Assembly: GCA_043228905.1 (NCBI GenBank) | Contig: JBHGNT010000011.1 | Location: 3,782,001 to 3,846,000, forward strand | Length of the DNA stretch: 64,000 nucleotides | Source of the DNA: Azolla caroliniana | Lineage: Eukaryota > Plantae > Polypodiophyta | Direction of reading: 5' to 3' | Shown: in pieces, positions 39,201 through 51,874 of the stretch | Layout of the letters: the number at the start of each line of letters is the position of its first letter | Numbering within the stretch: the first letter of the stretch is position 1 | Position numbers and translations under genes: made by a program | Notes under the pieces: model-generated | The model's database searches: none | What the model was told of the DNA's origin: nothing | Seen by the model: only the letters and a program-made list of their open reading frames with translations

Positions 39201-42200
39201 TAGCAATTTGTCATGCACGTAGTCCCCTGTCTCATGGACCACAATCACACCCACCCTTGTCATCAACAAAAGCCATTATCTCCCTCCATAATAGATACAT
39301 CCCGAGCGTCGGAGATTTCTCCATTCTAGATCAACTTATGGTGGAGATCTTTTGAAGAAGAAAAAATTACAATATATCTAAATTGAGAATTTACATGTGT
39401 AGATGACGACGAGATTCTGTCATCACGTTTTATTCTATTTCTATTAACTTTTTACTTAGTTGCATTTATTTTGGTTGGTTGTTCTCAAAAACAAGACAGC
39501 ATTTTACAATGTAATCTCTTTTGTGGTCTTATAAGACATTTTGGCCTCTTAAAATATGTTGATATAATCTTCTTTCTTCCTGCTATATGCAAGGTAAAAA
39601 TCCAACATTGTGTACACTGTACACCATGATGTGAGTAAAAGTGAGCCTAGTGGTATTGTCTCTTCAAATTTGTGATAAGAATTTCTCATATATTTGCTAT
39701 AATAGTTAACTAAATCACTGAAATTGCCAACAAACAAGTATTCGAATATATCTTTTTATTTGCATTAATGAGAATAAAATACAAATGATTTAAAACGCTT
39801 TTCTTTCAAGGAAAAAGATTTGCCCACACTTTAATATCAGTATCAAAATCCAACTCGAGCTCGCCATCATCATTCAGCCATAAGTTGTACACGATAACTT
39901 TTGTGCCATGTGAATGAAGATCTGCAAACTATAAATGAAGTTAGCAACTAATTGCACGTTATATCATCTGCTCATGTAAACATGGCATTAGCAGAAACTA
40001 GCAAATAATAATTTGACCAAAATGCTTTCTAATATGGTTACTTGAATTAATAAACTATTTGTCCTTTCATGGTTAGACTTTATTGAAACATTTAAGCCAC
40101 CATCAACAATCAGCAGCCAAAATCATCATGTCGGTAGAGATTTCGAATTGCGGAACCAACTTAAACCGTTGAAATACGATGTGTATGCAAGCTCATTCCC
40201 ACTCATATAGATGAGCAGCATATTCAGAAGCTATCTATAAGAGAGTGACATAAGTTTGTTTTTTGAAATGATTGGACATAATGGTCAACATGTTTATGTA
40301 AAAAAACTGCAGGTTTAGCCACATTCCCTGCAATATAAAATGGAATGTGTTCCTTTCAAGGAACATTACAGGGGATGTTTCTTTTTAAAGCACAAATTTT
40401 TCAACCAGTAAAATTTGGGATATGCCCATGTCGGGACCCCATTCTCCTATAAGAAAGCTGGGAATCGTGAAAAAATGCAACAAAGAACAGTTTAAAATTA
40501 TTTCAAGAGTGAGATAATACTTTTAAGTTATTTTCTAGAATAAGATGATGCTTCAAAGTTATTTTTAAGTGTAAAAGGAAAAATAGCTACAGATGTTTTC
40601 TCCAGAGAGGATTATCAAATTTCTAACTTATATGCATATATGTTGTTATTGACATTGCCAAAGAAATGAAATATTACGTTAATGTCTTAGAACGCCAAGT
40701 TGACCTATGAGACCGAATGTTAAGACTCATGTGAATCTTGTAAAAGTTTGGTAAAATAAAGCAAAATAGAGCATGATTAACTAACTTGATCGAGAAGCTC
40801 GGATTTTGTTTTATATGGAGACCATTGCAAAATCATATAGAAATTTTCGAGCCAGTCATCTTTTGCAGCCCGTAGAAGAATATTTCTTGTTCGACCATCC
40901 GGTGAAAGCTCAAAGTCAACCTGCACATATAAGACCATTGTACCAAGAAAAAAGAGAAATCTGGAATCAATTCCAATGCAGGTCAGTAGTTTCATAGAAT
41001 ATGATTGAACTTTATTAATTCAATTACCATGGGAACAATAATGTCCTCCTTCCCAGTTGCACGGAGAAAGGTATACGAAAGCAGCCCAATACTCTCAGTT
41101 GTACAACTGGATATCACATGACAAGATTATTATATACTATTCCAACACCTAGTTTATAAGGAGTGTGATTCACTATGATTGCAGCAATAAAGGATTCAGC
41201 AATCATAACAAAGTGAAAACAAGAACATCCTTAAAAAACACTATAATAAAATATTCCTAAATTAAATAAACCAAAGAGACGCAGACAAGTGCAATCTCAA
41301 TATTTTGAGTGCACAATGAATGAGATCAAGTTCACAAGTGAGTAGAATTAATCATTGACCTACTCATGTAAATGTGTATGATGAGAAGCCTAACCCTAAG
41401 AATTCAAAATACATCCACAAAGTCATGAGGGAAGGGGAGAAGATGTGCTTAGAGAAAAGAAAGGAAATACCCATTCCGTGTGCATCGACTGAAAACTATA
41501 ACATCTGCACCCAATCGCATTGTGCTTGTCTTGAAACCATTGCCATCTGTAGAGTTGGAGAGTCATAAAACATAATAACAAACAAAAATAATAGAAATAT
41601 AAATATAATTACACTACATCATACACTGCCCAATAGTCTTATTGTTTGTCTTCTGTGAGTATCCTAAGCTCATGCACTGTCTCAATGATTCTGGATCCAT
41701 ACCCCCACCATCATCTTCAGTCAAGGTAAACATTTCAAAAATATCATCAATAGGAAGTGTAAGTAACTTCAGTTTTTAGAGAGTAAAAAGGTATTGCTCT
41801 ACTTTCTTTAGACAATATAGGAACCTAGGTGTACCTTGCACCAAAAGCATAGTACTTCTATCATGAGGACTTTCTATAGCATCGACCTTCACATATGTTG
41901 CACCATTTTGAACCTGTTTATGATCAATGAATAGACTAAAATAAGAGACTCTCGTATAACCAATGAGAATAAAAATAAGGCAAATTACATCAAAGAATGC
42001 AAAAACTGTTGGATGACCAATGCTACATAATGTTTCTTACCTCATCAATGGCATTGTCAAGAAGCTCCGCTATTGCTAAAAAAGAAATAACATGTTAAGA
42101 TATGCATAATTAGAGTACAGTCTGTGTTGAATGTGATTAGTTTTCATGAAAACTATGCTTGTATTATTGTTAAAAGTTCATACACTGTATACATACATTG

Positions 42201-45200
42201 CATTTAGTATGACCCGCTCTCTTATATGCACCTGACCATTAATAAAATACAAAATATTCTGACACAATAACTAGTATGTACAATAAGTTATTTCATCTAT
42301 GTTCAGAATGTTGACTGCTTAGAATACAAGATTTGTGGTACTCTCGGCAGTTTTACTAATTCAGACAAGACAACATTCAGCAATTCAGACTGAAGAAAAT
42401 CTGCTAAAATCAGATAATTACGGTGTATGGATGTGAAGAAGTTCAAATTGGAAATTTCATAACCCAGTTTTTAAACCCATCATAATGAAGTGCACATTGA
42501 AAACATCAATCAGCTTTCAGATGCAACCAAGTACCTGGACCCAATGTTTACATATAAGGGATGTTTAGATATATTCATAAAATTCAAAAGGAGCTTCACT
42601 TTTCTTAGTTGGTTTTAGAAACACATGTTCCATGCCCCTATGCATCCAAGAAACCCGCAAATTTACCAATAACAGGTTGAATGTCTTCAAAAAACAAAGC
42701 ATAAAAATGAAGTGCCCAAATGGACTGGCTAAATCTTATCCACATGGCCTACTAGACTTTCCTCACAAGTTTTGACAATCATCGTAATTCATTCTCAAAA
42801 GTCTTAACAACCATGGTTCATGTGTGCACTCCCATGCATGATGTCATACTCTACACAAAACAAGGATTTCTTTTCTCAACTACATAAGTTTCAAGATCCA
42901 CAATTTACAATATTTTGCAATGATTCAGTAACCACAGTTCTTGAGTAGTCAAGAAGGCTACTTCTACTACTTTGTGTAATAGTAAAGTCTATTATGGACA
43001 ATGTTTCTTATCCATCATAAGCTTGAATCTCCTCCTCCATTACCAGGTCCTACCTATCATACAGCAACATTATACATATGAAACCATAGGTGTTGAGAGA
43101 CATACCGCCAAATGCCCATTTATGCGAAGTAGCATTCGAATGAAGAAATTTTGGGTGCACTCGAACATGATCTATACCACCTGAACATATACAAAAATGT
43201 GAAGAAGAAAGAGAAACCTGTTTTAATATTTTGAAAAACCATTATCAGTGAAAAGAAATGCACAACATGAACAGGAATAGATAGATAGATAGATAGATAG
43301 GTGGAGAGTGAGAGATAGAAAGAAAGAAGGGAAGAAAGATATATTAACATCTTTTAAGAGGTCAAAATGGCCTATAAGACCAAACAAGAGATTACATCTG
43401 AAGTGTTGACTCGTCTTTGAGAACAAATTAAAATAACAAATATAAATGTTACTTAGTAAACATAAAAGTAAATAGGATAAAAGAGACTACAAAATCTTGT
43501 TATCTACACATGTAAAATTCTCAACTTAGATATATTGTAACTTTTTTCTTTGAAAGATCTCTAGCATAGGTTGATCCAGAATGGAGAGGTCTTCTAAGGG
43601 AGAGAAGCACCTGCGATGGCGGGACATAATAACTTCATCTATCGATGACAAGGATGGTGAGCTTGTTGTCCATGGGGCCGTGGCCTGCGTGTACGAGAAA
43701 TTGCTATTGCTCAATCTATTGTAACTTCTTTGTTATGTCCTAATCTGGAACTCATTTGTGTAGCCCTTAATTGACTTGTAACATTAGTAGGAGTGATGGG
43801 GCTAAAGAAAGTTGTCATCATTCTTTGTGGATGAGCTTGTGTGGTTCTACAGTTGTCCTTCAACAACTTTCTCTTGTGTCTCGTGTGTTCCAACAAGAAA
43901 AGTCCTAGGCTCCATTGGTCCTCATATTCCATTATATTGCATAGTGGGCCAAAGCCTTGTTTAACGAGGCAATGGTATCTATCCCTTATTTCATAAAAGA
44001 GACTACAATGACAAACATAGTGCTCTTCGGATTCCACTCCTTGATGACACAATTGGCAAATTGTTTCTTCCAGAGGTAATCATGCATATCTACCTACCTC
44101 AATCTCTAACTGATGTGGTAAAGTCCGCAGCCACCCTATCACACTGTGCAGCACATAGGATAGGTGTATGTCCATATAAGGTGGCATGATGACGAATCCA
44201 TCCTTCAATGTGTGTAAAAAGTGTCTTCTAGTGGGCCATCTTCGTACCAAGTGATATTTTGGGGCTGATCCATGATATCTTGTTTCCCAAGTTAATAATA
44301 TCAATTCGGATCACTCTATTCTTTTCCACTTTGGTCATGTTTAGATGGGGGCAGTTCAAGCTATATTGCAACAAGGGCAGTCCATTTATGCTTATGCCAT
44401 GTGACTCGAACCATTGCTGCATTTCAGTATACCAACAATGAATGTCTCCATGTTCAGTCAGCTAACTTGATGACATAAATGCCAAACTTGAGTACCTTAC
44501 TTTAGGGAGCTCCCAAAGAGGTTGAATACAAGCCACCGATCGGAATAATGCCTTGGTGATTATAGGGGCTTCTCCCATTTATGCCCAGATTATATCATGG
44601 GGCACCAATGCTTTCCTCTTTATCATGCAGGCAACCATTAACACTAAAGGTCTCTATAAATTTTTCCAGTGATTTGCCTTGTTAAGACGCGGTTCCCACG
44701 TCTCTACTCCATAGAGAAGAGTTGGTGTGACAAGTGCCTCAAATAACACAGCTTAGCCTATGGTTCTTGGAACTACAAATGTGCACATTGTCTCTCGAGA
44801 GCACCAAGGGCTGCATATTCATGAGAAAATCGGGCACAAGCAGCCTCCCGTAAGGAGAACCAAGGCCCTGTAAATGTTACTCCTAGGTATGTGTAGGAGC
44901 GTGTGTATTCCACCTTTTCCTCTCCCAAGAAAAATTCCGGTTCTGATCTTGTTACCCATGCTTGAATGTTGTTAAACACTGTCACTTTAGCTTTATCCAT
45001 GTTTATTGACAAACCTTTGTTCATACAAAATAGTTTTACGACATTTAGATGCCTTTGTAGTCCCTCCAAAGAGTCAAAAATCAACACAATATCATTAGCA
45101 TATAGTAATATTTGATAGCTATACCCTGCTAGGCATGCTCCCAAACTCCCGAATCTCTCTATGTAAAGTGATACCTCAGCTATATAGAGACCGAAGAGAG

Positions 45201-46526
45201 TGGGTGATAGTGGGCATCCTCTTCGTTGGAAGAGAGAGAAAAAAAGAAAGAAACAAAGATATATTAACGTCTTTTAAGAGGCCAAAATGGCCTATAAGAC
45301 CAAACAAGAGATTACATCTTAAGTGTTGACTCGTCTTTGAGAACAAATCAAAATAAAATAAATATTGATACTCGGATTGTGATTAAAGAACAAATTACAG
45401 GAATGAAAGAACATATTCAAAAACAATATTGTGCATATACATATAAAAAAGAAAAGTAATCTGAAGATTCATACTTTAGCTTGGAAAGAACGCAGAAAAC
45501 AGTCTGCTGTTTGTTTGAATGATCTAACTAAACCAATCAATGTACTCCATGATATAACTAAACCAGTCGACCTACTGACATTAACATTTTGATGCATAAA
45601 TAAGATGACTATATGGAAGATCCTAATTATTCTAAATATGTGGCATCAAATAAGAAGGCATTTCATATGCAATGTTTAGATGATATTAGATTTTCCTATC
45701 AGCTATCTATGTTGACCAATAACTGAAACAATGATGAACAACATGGTCTATTTTATGAAAGGTAAATTTTCTGTAAGATAAGCTCACGTAATATAAGGGG
45801 GATCAAATTGACTACCTTTCCGCAAGTTCACAAGCAATCTACCTACATTGTAACGTCAAGCATTTGGAAGCTAGCAAGATAGTCCCATGAGAATGCATTC
45901 CTGTTAAGTTAATGAACAAAATGTGCATCCCCTAGGGAACTCGCTCAAAGAACGCACAAGCTGAAATACGGTTATCTCATATCCCATGTGATTATGGCTA
46001 AAATCATTCTGTAGAGATAAATACGTGTATTTTGTTTTTCATTAGCGAGTTTCAAGATAACCCAAAGACATTACACTTGGACTAATCAGACAAATTCAAA
46101 TGCTTAAATACATAATGAGCAGGTACCCCGAGGTTCTCTGGACTGCACAACTGACGATGCAGCATAGTCACCAGCCTTCCAAAACTTCTTCGATATGTGA
46201 ACCTGAGGAATACCATTATGGACAACAGTATGTGGAAGATTCTGATCAGTGTAAACCTCAGAACGTATGTGGGTTAGAGAGTCATTCCAACAATTATACT
46301 CTTCCTTCACAGCTATACTATCCTGACTCTCTAAATCTCTGTTAGGATCAACCGCAGCGGCTGGATGTGGTAATGTATGTGTCTGCTGAGTGTAGCTTAA
46401 CTCTTTAGTTCGATCACCGATATCTGTGTTGGAAATATCATCTTGCAGTGGTTCATCATCGTCGCTGCATAGATCTATCACATCCTCACATTTTCTATCT
46501 TCACATTTGCTATCACTATGCATCAT
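27234..46526 (-). CDS. MORC: MORC family GHKL ATPase (MORC6/MORC1-like), multi-exon; first and last exons uncertain
   Basis: Exons encode KKFWKAGDY (about 46170), HVRVHPKFLHSNATSHKWAFG (43105-43180), AIAELLDNAIDE (about 42040-42075), DDGGGMD, YGNGFKTSTMRLGAD, SIGLLSYTFL, HGTKVIVYNLW..ELDFD, AYSSILYL..FQIILRG (S5 fold), GFNVYHKNRLI, GVLEANFVEPAHDKQDFERT, and coiled-coil C-terminal exons (29041-29132, 28910-28952, 27791-27838). Confidence 0.9.
30200..31570 (-). mobile_element. Degraded LINE RT/3' fragment in a MORC intron
   Basis: Translation ..QICTSSHQLEIDVG matches the LINE copy near 44090 (RTLPHQLEIEVG); includes a local duplication of about 118 bp at 30190-30430. Confidence 0.6.
33345..33545 (-). 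repeat. Short LINE 3'-tail copy (further copies at about 34080-34345 +, 45236-45370 -, 54455-54525 -)
   Basis: Shared core ATATTAA(C/T)GTCTTTTAAGA(G/A)GCCAAAATGGCCTA(T/C)AAGACCAAACAAGAGATTACATCTT. Confidence 0.8.
36000..38630 (+). mobile_element. Degraded LINE (RT region to 3' tail) in a MORC intron
   Basis: YSCFVDL.KAFN, GVKQGCLL motifs; 37440-37950 is homologous to the 43600-44350 copy; family 3' tail at about 38510-38630. Confidence 0.7.
38800..39580 (+). mobile_element. LINE 3' fragment with family tail
   Basis: Homologous to the reverse complement of 43330-43900; ends with the tail AATGTAATCTC..GGTCTTATAAGACATTTTGGCCTCTTAAAA. Confidence 0.7.
43277..45235 (-). mobile_element. 5'-truncated LINE (RT C-half, CCHC region, 3' UTR, microsatellite tail)
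   Basis: GCPLSPTLFGLY, ILLYANDIVLI (YADD box), YTYLGV, C..CHQGVESEEHYVCHC; ends in a (TTCT)/(TATC)n tail. Confidence 0.85.
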
Positions 46527-48442
46527 CACTGCCCAACAACAAACAAAAAGAACCAAAACAGAGAGCAACATTATAATACACTGTGATCGGTATAACACTC
46601 CTTCGCAACCATTTTGAACCTAGTGGACAACGATAAAATATTCAATATGCCTGCTTGTGTTTTATATATGTTTGTGTATGCACCTTGGAACAGCAGAAAA
46701 ACTGAATATATATCCCAATTTAAGAAGCAAGAAGTCTTGATGAGTTGTGTGCCAGGCATAGTAAAAGATTCAGTAACATATATATTCATGCCATACAGTC
46801 CAATTATTCATAGAAAGTTATTCAAAATGGCCTAACTCATAAGTTCTCTGCCTTTCTCTCATACTGGAATTCTGCATTTTTTTGGTTACAATCTTGAATT
46901 GTCAGTCACATTAATATGCAAAATCAGTGTTTGGATTATCAATGTTCTTTAGATACTTTCCTTTTCCCTTAACAGCCTTAGGTTATTGACCTTGAACTAT
47001 TGGTCACAGTAGTAAACGTATGTAGGGTTTGGCTATCCATCACCTTGTGCAAATATTTTAGGGTTTTGGTTGAATTTACATGATCCCACTTTTCGTTTCC
47101 TTCTCACTGAAGTATCAGACACATGAATATATCGATTTAGTGTTTTGTTTAAATTTACATGCTCTCTTTTTTCCCTCCCAGTGAAATATCAGACGCATGA
47201 ATATACAAATTTAAGGTTGAGGAGGTTAGCTTCATATGTTCTTTCTTTTCCGTTTCACTGTCTGCGAGAGAATTCATAATTGAAGGTGTTAAGAGGCAAA
47301 TGTATATCATCTCTCTCCTGAACAGACAATTCTTTGGTGGGAACAATATAGAGCTAAGAAGAAGAAGAAGAGGAGGAGGAGGAAAGAAAAAAAGCGGGAA
47401 GAGATTAGATTCACACACCGTTTTGACGAAGAAATCCATTGAAACCAGGGAAACTTTGAATCGAATGAAGAAGGGGGGGGGTTAAGGAGTGGGGAGCAGA
47501 GGATTCAGCAAATGTGTGTGCTCTCTTCTCTGTATGATGATACGTAAAGAGACAGAGAAAGACAAATGGAGCAAAAGATGAATATGTTGAGAAGAAGTGT
47601 GTGTGTGTGTGTGAAGCTTTAGTTCACCTACAATTCTCTGTCTCTGTCTCTGTCTCTGTCTCTGTCTCTGTCTCTGTCATGTGTGTCTCTCTGTTCCCAC
47701 TGAAGAATGAATATGGCACCTCAGAAGAGAATGAATGAATGAATGAATGGCAGGGTCCCACACCTTTCATATTTCTTTGGCACTCCAAATGAGTGACTCA
47801 GGAAAGAGAGATATGTATAGATGAGTGACTCTCGGGAAAGAGAGATATAGACACCAGAGACGCTAATCGAGAGACCTTGCTACCGGAGACCCTAATCGAG
47901 ACACCCTGATACACAGGAGACTCTAAACCCTAATCAAGAGACCTTGTGCTTCATCCGTATACCAATCAAGAGATATCATCGATAAGAGAGATACTTGATC
48001 TATGATCACGACGGAAAGACCCTCGATGAGTTTTTGTCGAGGACCCCCTCCCTGTCCGCAATGTTCCATGGCGAAACACCGCACCGAAGTCGTGTGGGAG
48101 ATAGATACATAGATAGATTGGGTTTTGTTAATGTCTTCGGAGGTCAGCTATGACCTATGACACCAAAAGTATACCATTTTCACGTAATACATGTGAAAAT
48201 GAGTAGCGACTCTAATTGTGTTCAAGAACTTTGCTAATGAATGTCGCAGTCGAGAGTGCACATTGCGACTCTGAGATAGATCAATATATTCACATCCACA
48301 AATTGCCAATTGTGATTCATGAGATAGGGCCTAGCCCATGGTGAGGATGGAATTTGGGTTCTCTGGATTTTATGACTTTTGATGCTGCAACGTAAACCAC
48401 CAAGCCAATAGTTATTCGAAAAGTGATAACTTGGAGCAATAC

Positions 48443-49939
48443 TAGGATTTGGCAACGGTTGGGCTCACGCCTAAATTGAGCCGTTAAACCGGCCTAAAAC
48501 GGTTTAGCGGCTCCGCTAAGGCTTGAGCATGCTTAAACAATTTGAGCTTTGTTCGGTTCAGCTTGAGCCTTACCAAACCGGTTGAGGTAGTTAGGTCATT
48601 TAAACTTGTTTACCAATGTTGGTTTAATAACTAGGTCATTTTTACTATCAGTTAGAAGTTGAGTGTCGACACAAACATGAGAGAGAGAGGGAGTGAAAGA
48701 AAGAGTTGGAGCCTCCTACGACGCCTTCTATGTAGCAAGTTGCAACGGGGACCCCCTTTTGTTGAGCTTAGAGCACCTCACGCAGCATGCACACCTTCTT
48801 ATAACAAGGGATTTGACGGAGATTACTGATTAGGGATGAGGATTTGAAGAAGATAAATGCCTAGTAACGAGGATCAGAAGAACATTAGAGATTAGAGGTT
48901 TCGAATTAAGAGGAAGATTACAGATTAGAAGAACGAGAAAGTTAGTGATCATTGATTAAGAACTGGGATTACAAGAAGATTATGTAGAAAATGAGATAGG
49001 GAAGGGACTGAAATTAATTATTATTTAAAAGAAATATATGTTTGTATGAACATATTCAAATGGAGAAAGAAAAGCCGAACAAACTCTAGCAATGTCAATT
49101 AATTAATTAATTAATGATGTGAAGTAGAGGGAATTTGGGCAGAATCTAATAGATGAAAACAAGCCTAAAAAACAAATAAATACGTATATCAATTAATTAA
49201 GTCATATTTGTTTAATTAATAATCTAGCAGGAAGGGACGAGATGAGAAAAAAATAAAAACAAAAAGAAGGTGAAGAAGAAGGAGAAAGAAGAGACAAAAG
49301 GAAACGACAATTTAATGGTGATTTGGATATGAAGAGCTAGAAGAGAAAAAAGCTCATGGCTACTTCATCCAATATCCAAATTTCAAAAGAAAGGTTAATA
49401 AGAAAGCTGACAAGGAGAGCTTTCCAAACATATCCTGCTTTTTAAATTTGAGATTACAAAAGAGAAATAGTTATAAATAAATTAAAACGCCTCACATAGG
49501 CAAGCTTATTTTTAGGGAAAAAAAACAAGCAACAAAAAACCTATAAATAAGAGTGTATTCTTAGCAAGAAAGGGGGGAGAAAAAAAAGCATGTAACAAAA
49601 TAGGTCCCTCAAAAAGGGGGATTAGATTGATGAATGGAGGAAGATAATTTTTCATGTTTCCTCTCTCATACTTTAAGCTTTGCTTATGCATAAATATAAT
49701 TAAGCATTATTTGATCTCTCATACTCGCATACTTTAAGCTTTACTTGCGTATAAGTATAATTAAGAATGATTTGAGGAAAAACTCTTGTTTTTTTATCGT
49801 TAAGCCCAAATTCCTTTTGATCCAAAACCCCGACGGTTTCGCCTCATGATCCACACTCACTTGCAGATTTTTCACGACACTGGTTTGTCTTGGATAAGGT
49901 AAACCGGTAAAGCCTAAACTAAACCATTGCCCATTCCTA
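48443..49939. mobile_element. Old non-autonomous hAT-like element with an LTR-like insert (about 48664-49878)
   Basis: TIR-like ends TAGGATTTGGCAACGGTT and AACCATTGCCCATTCCTA, AAACCG subterminal motifs, degraded TSD (5/8 match); internal TGTCG...CACGACA segment. Confidence 0.55.
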
Positions 49940-50338
49940 ATAAATAGATTAATGTGTTGTCGCTATCGTGTGCGTGTTGCTCGAGCGGGATCACAGGGGC
50001 CTTGGACCGAGGAGTCTGAAAGGGCGAGGAAGTTGGAGATTCACACCCACAAAATAATAGGCCCCTTGTTGAGTACGAGGCTCGTCAGGCTTAGGAGCTT
50101 GTCAACGAAGTTAGGGTTTTAGACACGATCAATGCAATGACTTGTGTGAAGTTTAACACTTGGTTAAGGGATTAAAAACACAAGATTAAGAAAAAATCAT
50201 GGGGAAAATATACATAAGTTATGATACAAAATCGTCATCCTTGTAACTAGCAATGGGCCCGGTTCGGTTTCGGTTCGGTTCGGTTTTTTGGCCTTGAAAC
50301 CAAACCACTTTTTAAGGAAAAAAACCAAACCAAACCGT

Positions 50339-51132
50339 TGTCGTGCCTTTCGGCTCCGGATCGTTGCGTGAGTCGGGTGGGAACCACAGAGGTCTTGGAC
50401 TAGGAGGAAGAAGCTCGTAAGATAGAGATTAATTATGAGTAAATAGCAAAGAGAAAGATAAGAAACTCGTGAATCACACGAGTATACTATATTAATTGGT
50501 ACTTAGGGTGTTAAGAGAGAAGTAGATGTATAAATCGTGAATCCCACGAATAATTTTTGTATTGATTAATACTTAATCCAAATAATCAACAACCCTTTAC
50601 ATATTTCTCTCCTCCTTATATAAGGAAAGAAGAGCTAAGCATGGCTTCATGCTTCTTCTTTTTTTTTTTACAAAAAGTGTTCATGTCCACTAAATGTGCA
50701 TGTGATGCTTTTTTTTATTTCCTAAGTATAGTGCTCATGCACGCTAGATGTGCATGAGTTATTTTTAGTGTCTCGTGTTTTTTCTTTTTCATATATTAAA
50801 AAAATACACGATTTACCTTTTAATAAAGGTATGCATAAATAAAGGTCTTATACGTATTAAATCTATATTTAAAACACTTAAGATAAGTTAATGTAATGGT
50901 AAGGTTGGGGTTTGTCAACGTGGAGGTGCAGAGTTCGAATCACGCCTTGCGCAGTAGTGAGTATTTCCTTTTTTTGTACATTTATGTCTCTTTATCCGGC
51001 TCTTCCTTGCCGGTATGCCGTTTTCCTCCTTACCGGTATGCCGTTTTCTTCCGGTTCTCACCGAGCACTCTATTCTCTATCTGGAGGGACAAAAATATAA
51101 TTTCCCCATAGTGTGCAACCTACACTACGACA
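50339..51132 (-). mobile_element. Solo-LTR-like insertion (794 bp) in the hAT left subterminal region, 4-bp TSD CCGT
   Basis: TGTCGTG...CTACGACA termini flanked by CCGT on both sides; TATA-like motif near 50617; A/B-box-like motif at 50889-50942. Confidence 0.75.
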
Positions 51133-51874
51133 CCGTTTCTACATTTTGAAGCCATTTAAACCAAACCGTTTTGAGCTGAACCGTTTAAACCAAACCGTTT
51201 AAGAAGTATGAGAAACCAAACCATTTAAGCCAAACCGTTTAGGACCAATTTAGAACCAAACCAAACCGTTTGTACAAAAATCAGAACCAAACCAAACCAT
51301 TTATGAAAAAACCAAAACCAAACCAATCCAAACCAGAGCAAGAAAAACAGAAATTTAGACATTTTAAATGTTTTTTGAAGAAGAATACCATAATAAACAG
51401 AAATTTTCTGACATTAAAGTTTTGTGGAGAATATATAGATAATACACAAAAAACTAAAATCCCAGAGCTTATGACCATCAATCGATCATATACAGTTCAC
51501 GTCAGCATTTAAGTTTGTATCCACCATTTACAACAAAGCCAAAAATATAAGATAAATGTGAAAAACTTCTACATAAACCAATGTTCCTCTTTTAGTTTCC
51601 AATGTTTACTTTCAGCTTGAATTACCGATTCCTGGAAGTATAAAATATGTAAAAGAAGTAATTAGTAATAAAATAATAAAATAAAAACAAATTCGTAAAA
51701 GTATGCACTAAGAAATTACAATGTCTTCGAGGATCTCCAATTGCAACTTGCATTTCATGGACTTGTGAAAAAGTATCATAATTCCTGTTCCATGCACATA
51801 TAAAAAACATCAAATAAGTGAAAAACTAGTAATGAAAAATAAACTTAAAGAATGAATTAAAAGGTATGCACACC

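Noticed and set aside
47155-47439. MDFFVKT ORF as the first coding exon of MORC
   Set aside because: The splice phase with the next exon could not be resolved; it may be 5' UTR.
50889-50960. Functional tRNA gene
   Set aside because: No convincing acceptor or anticodon stems; reported only as a tRNA-like A/B-box module.
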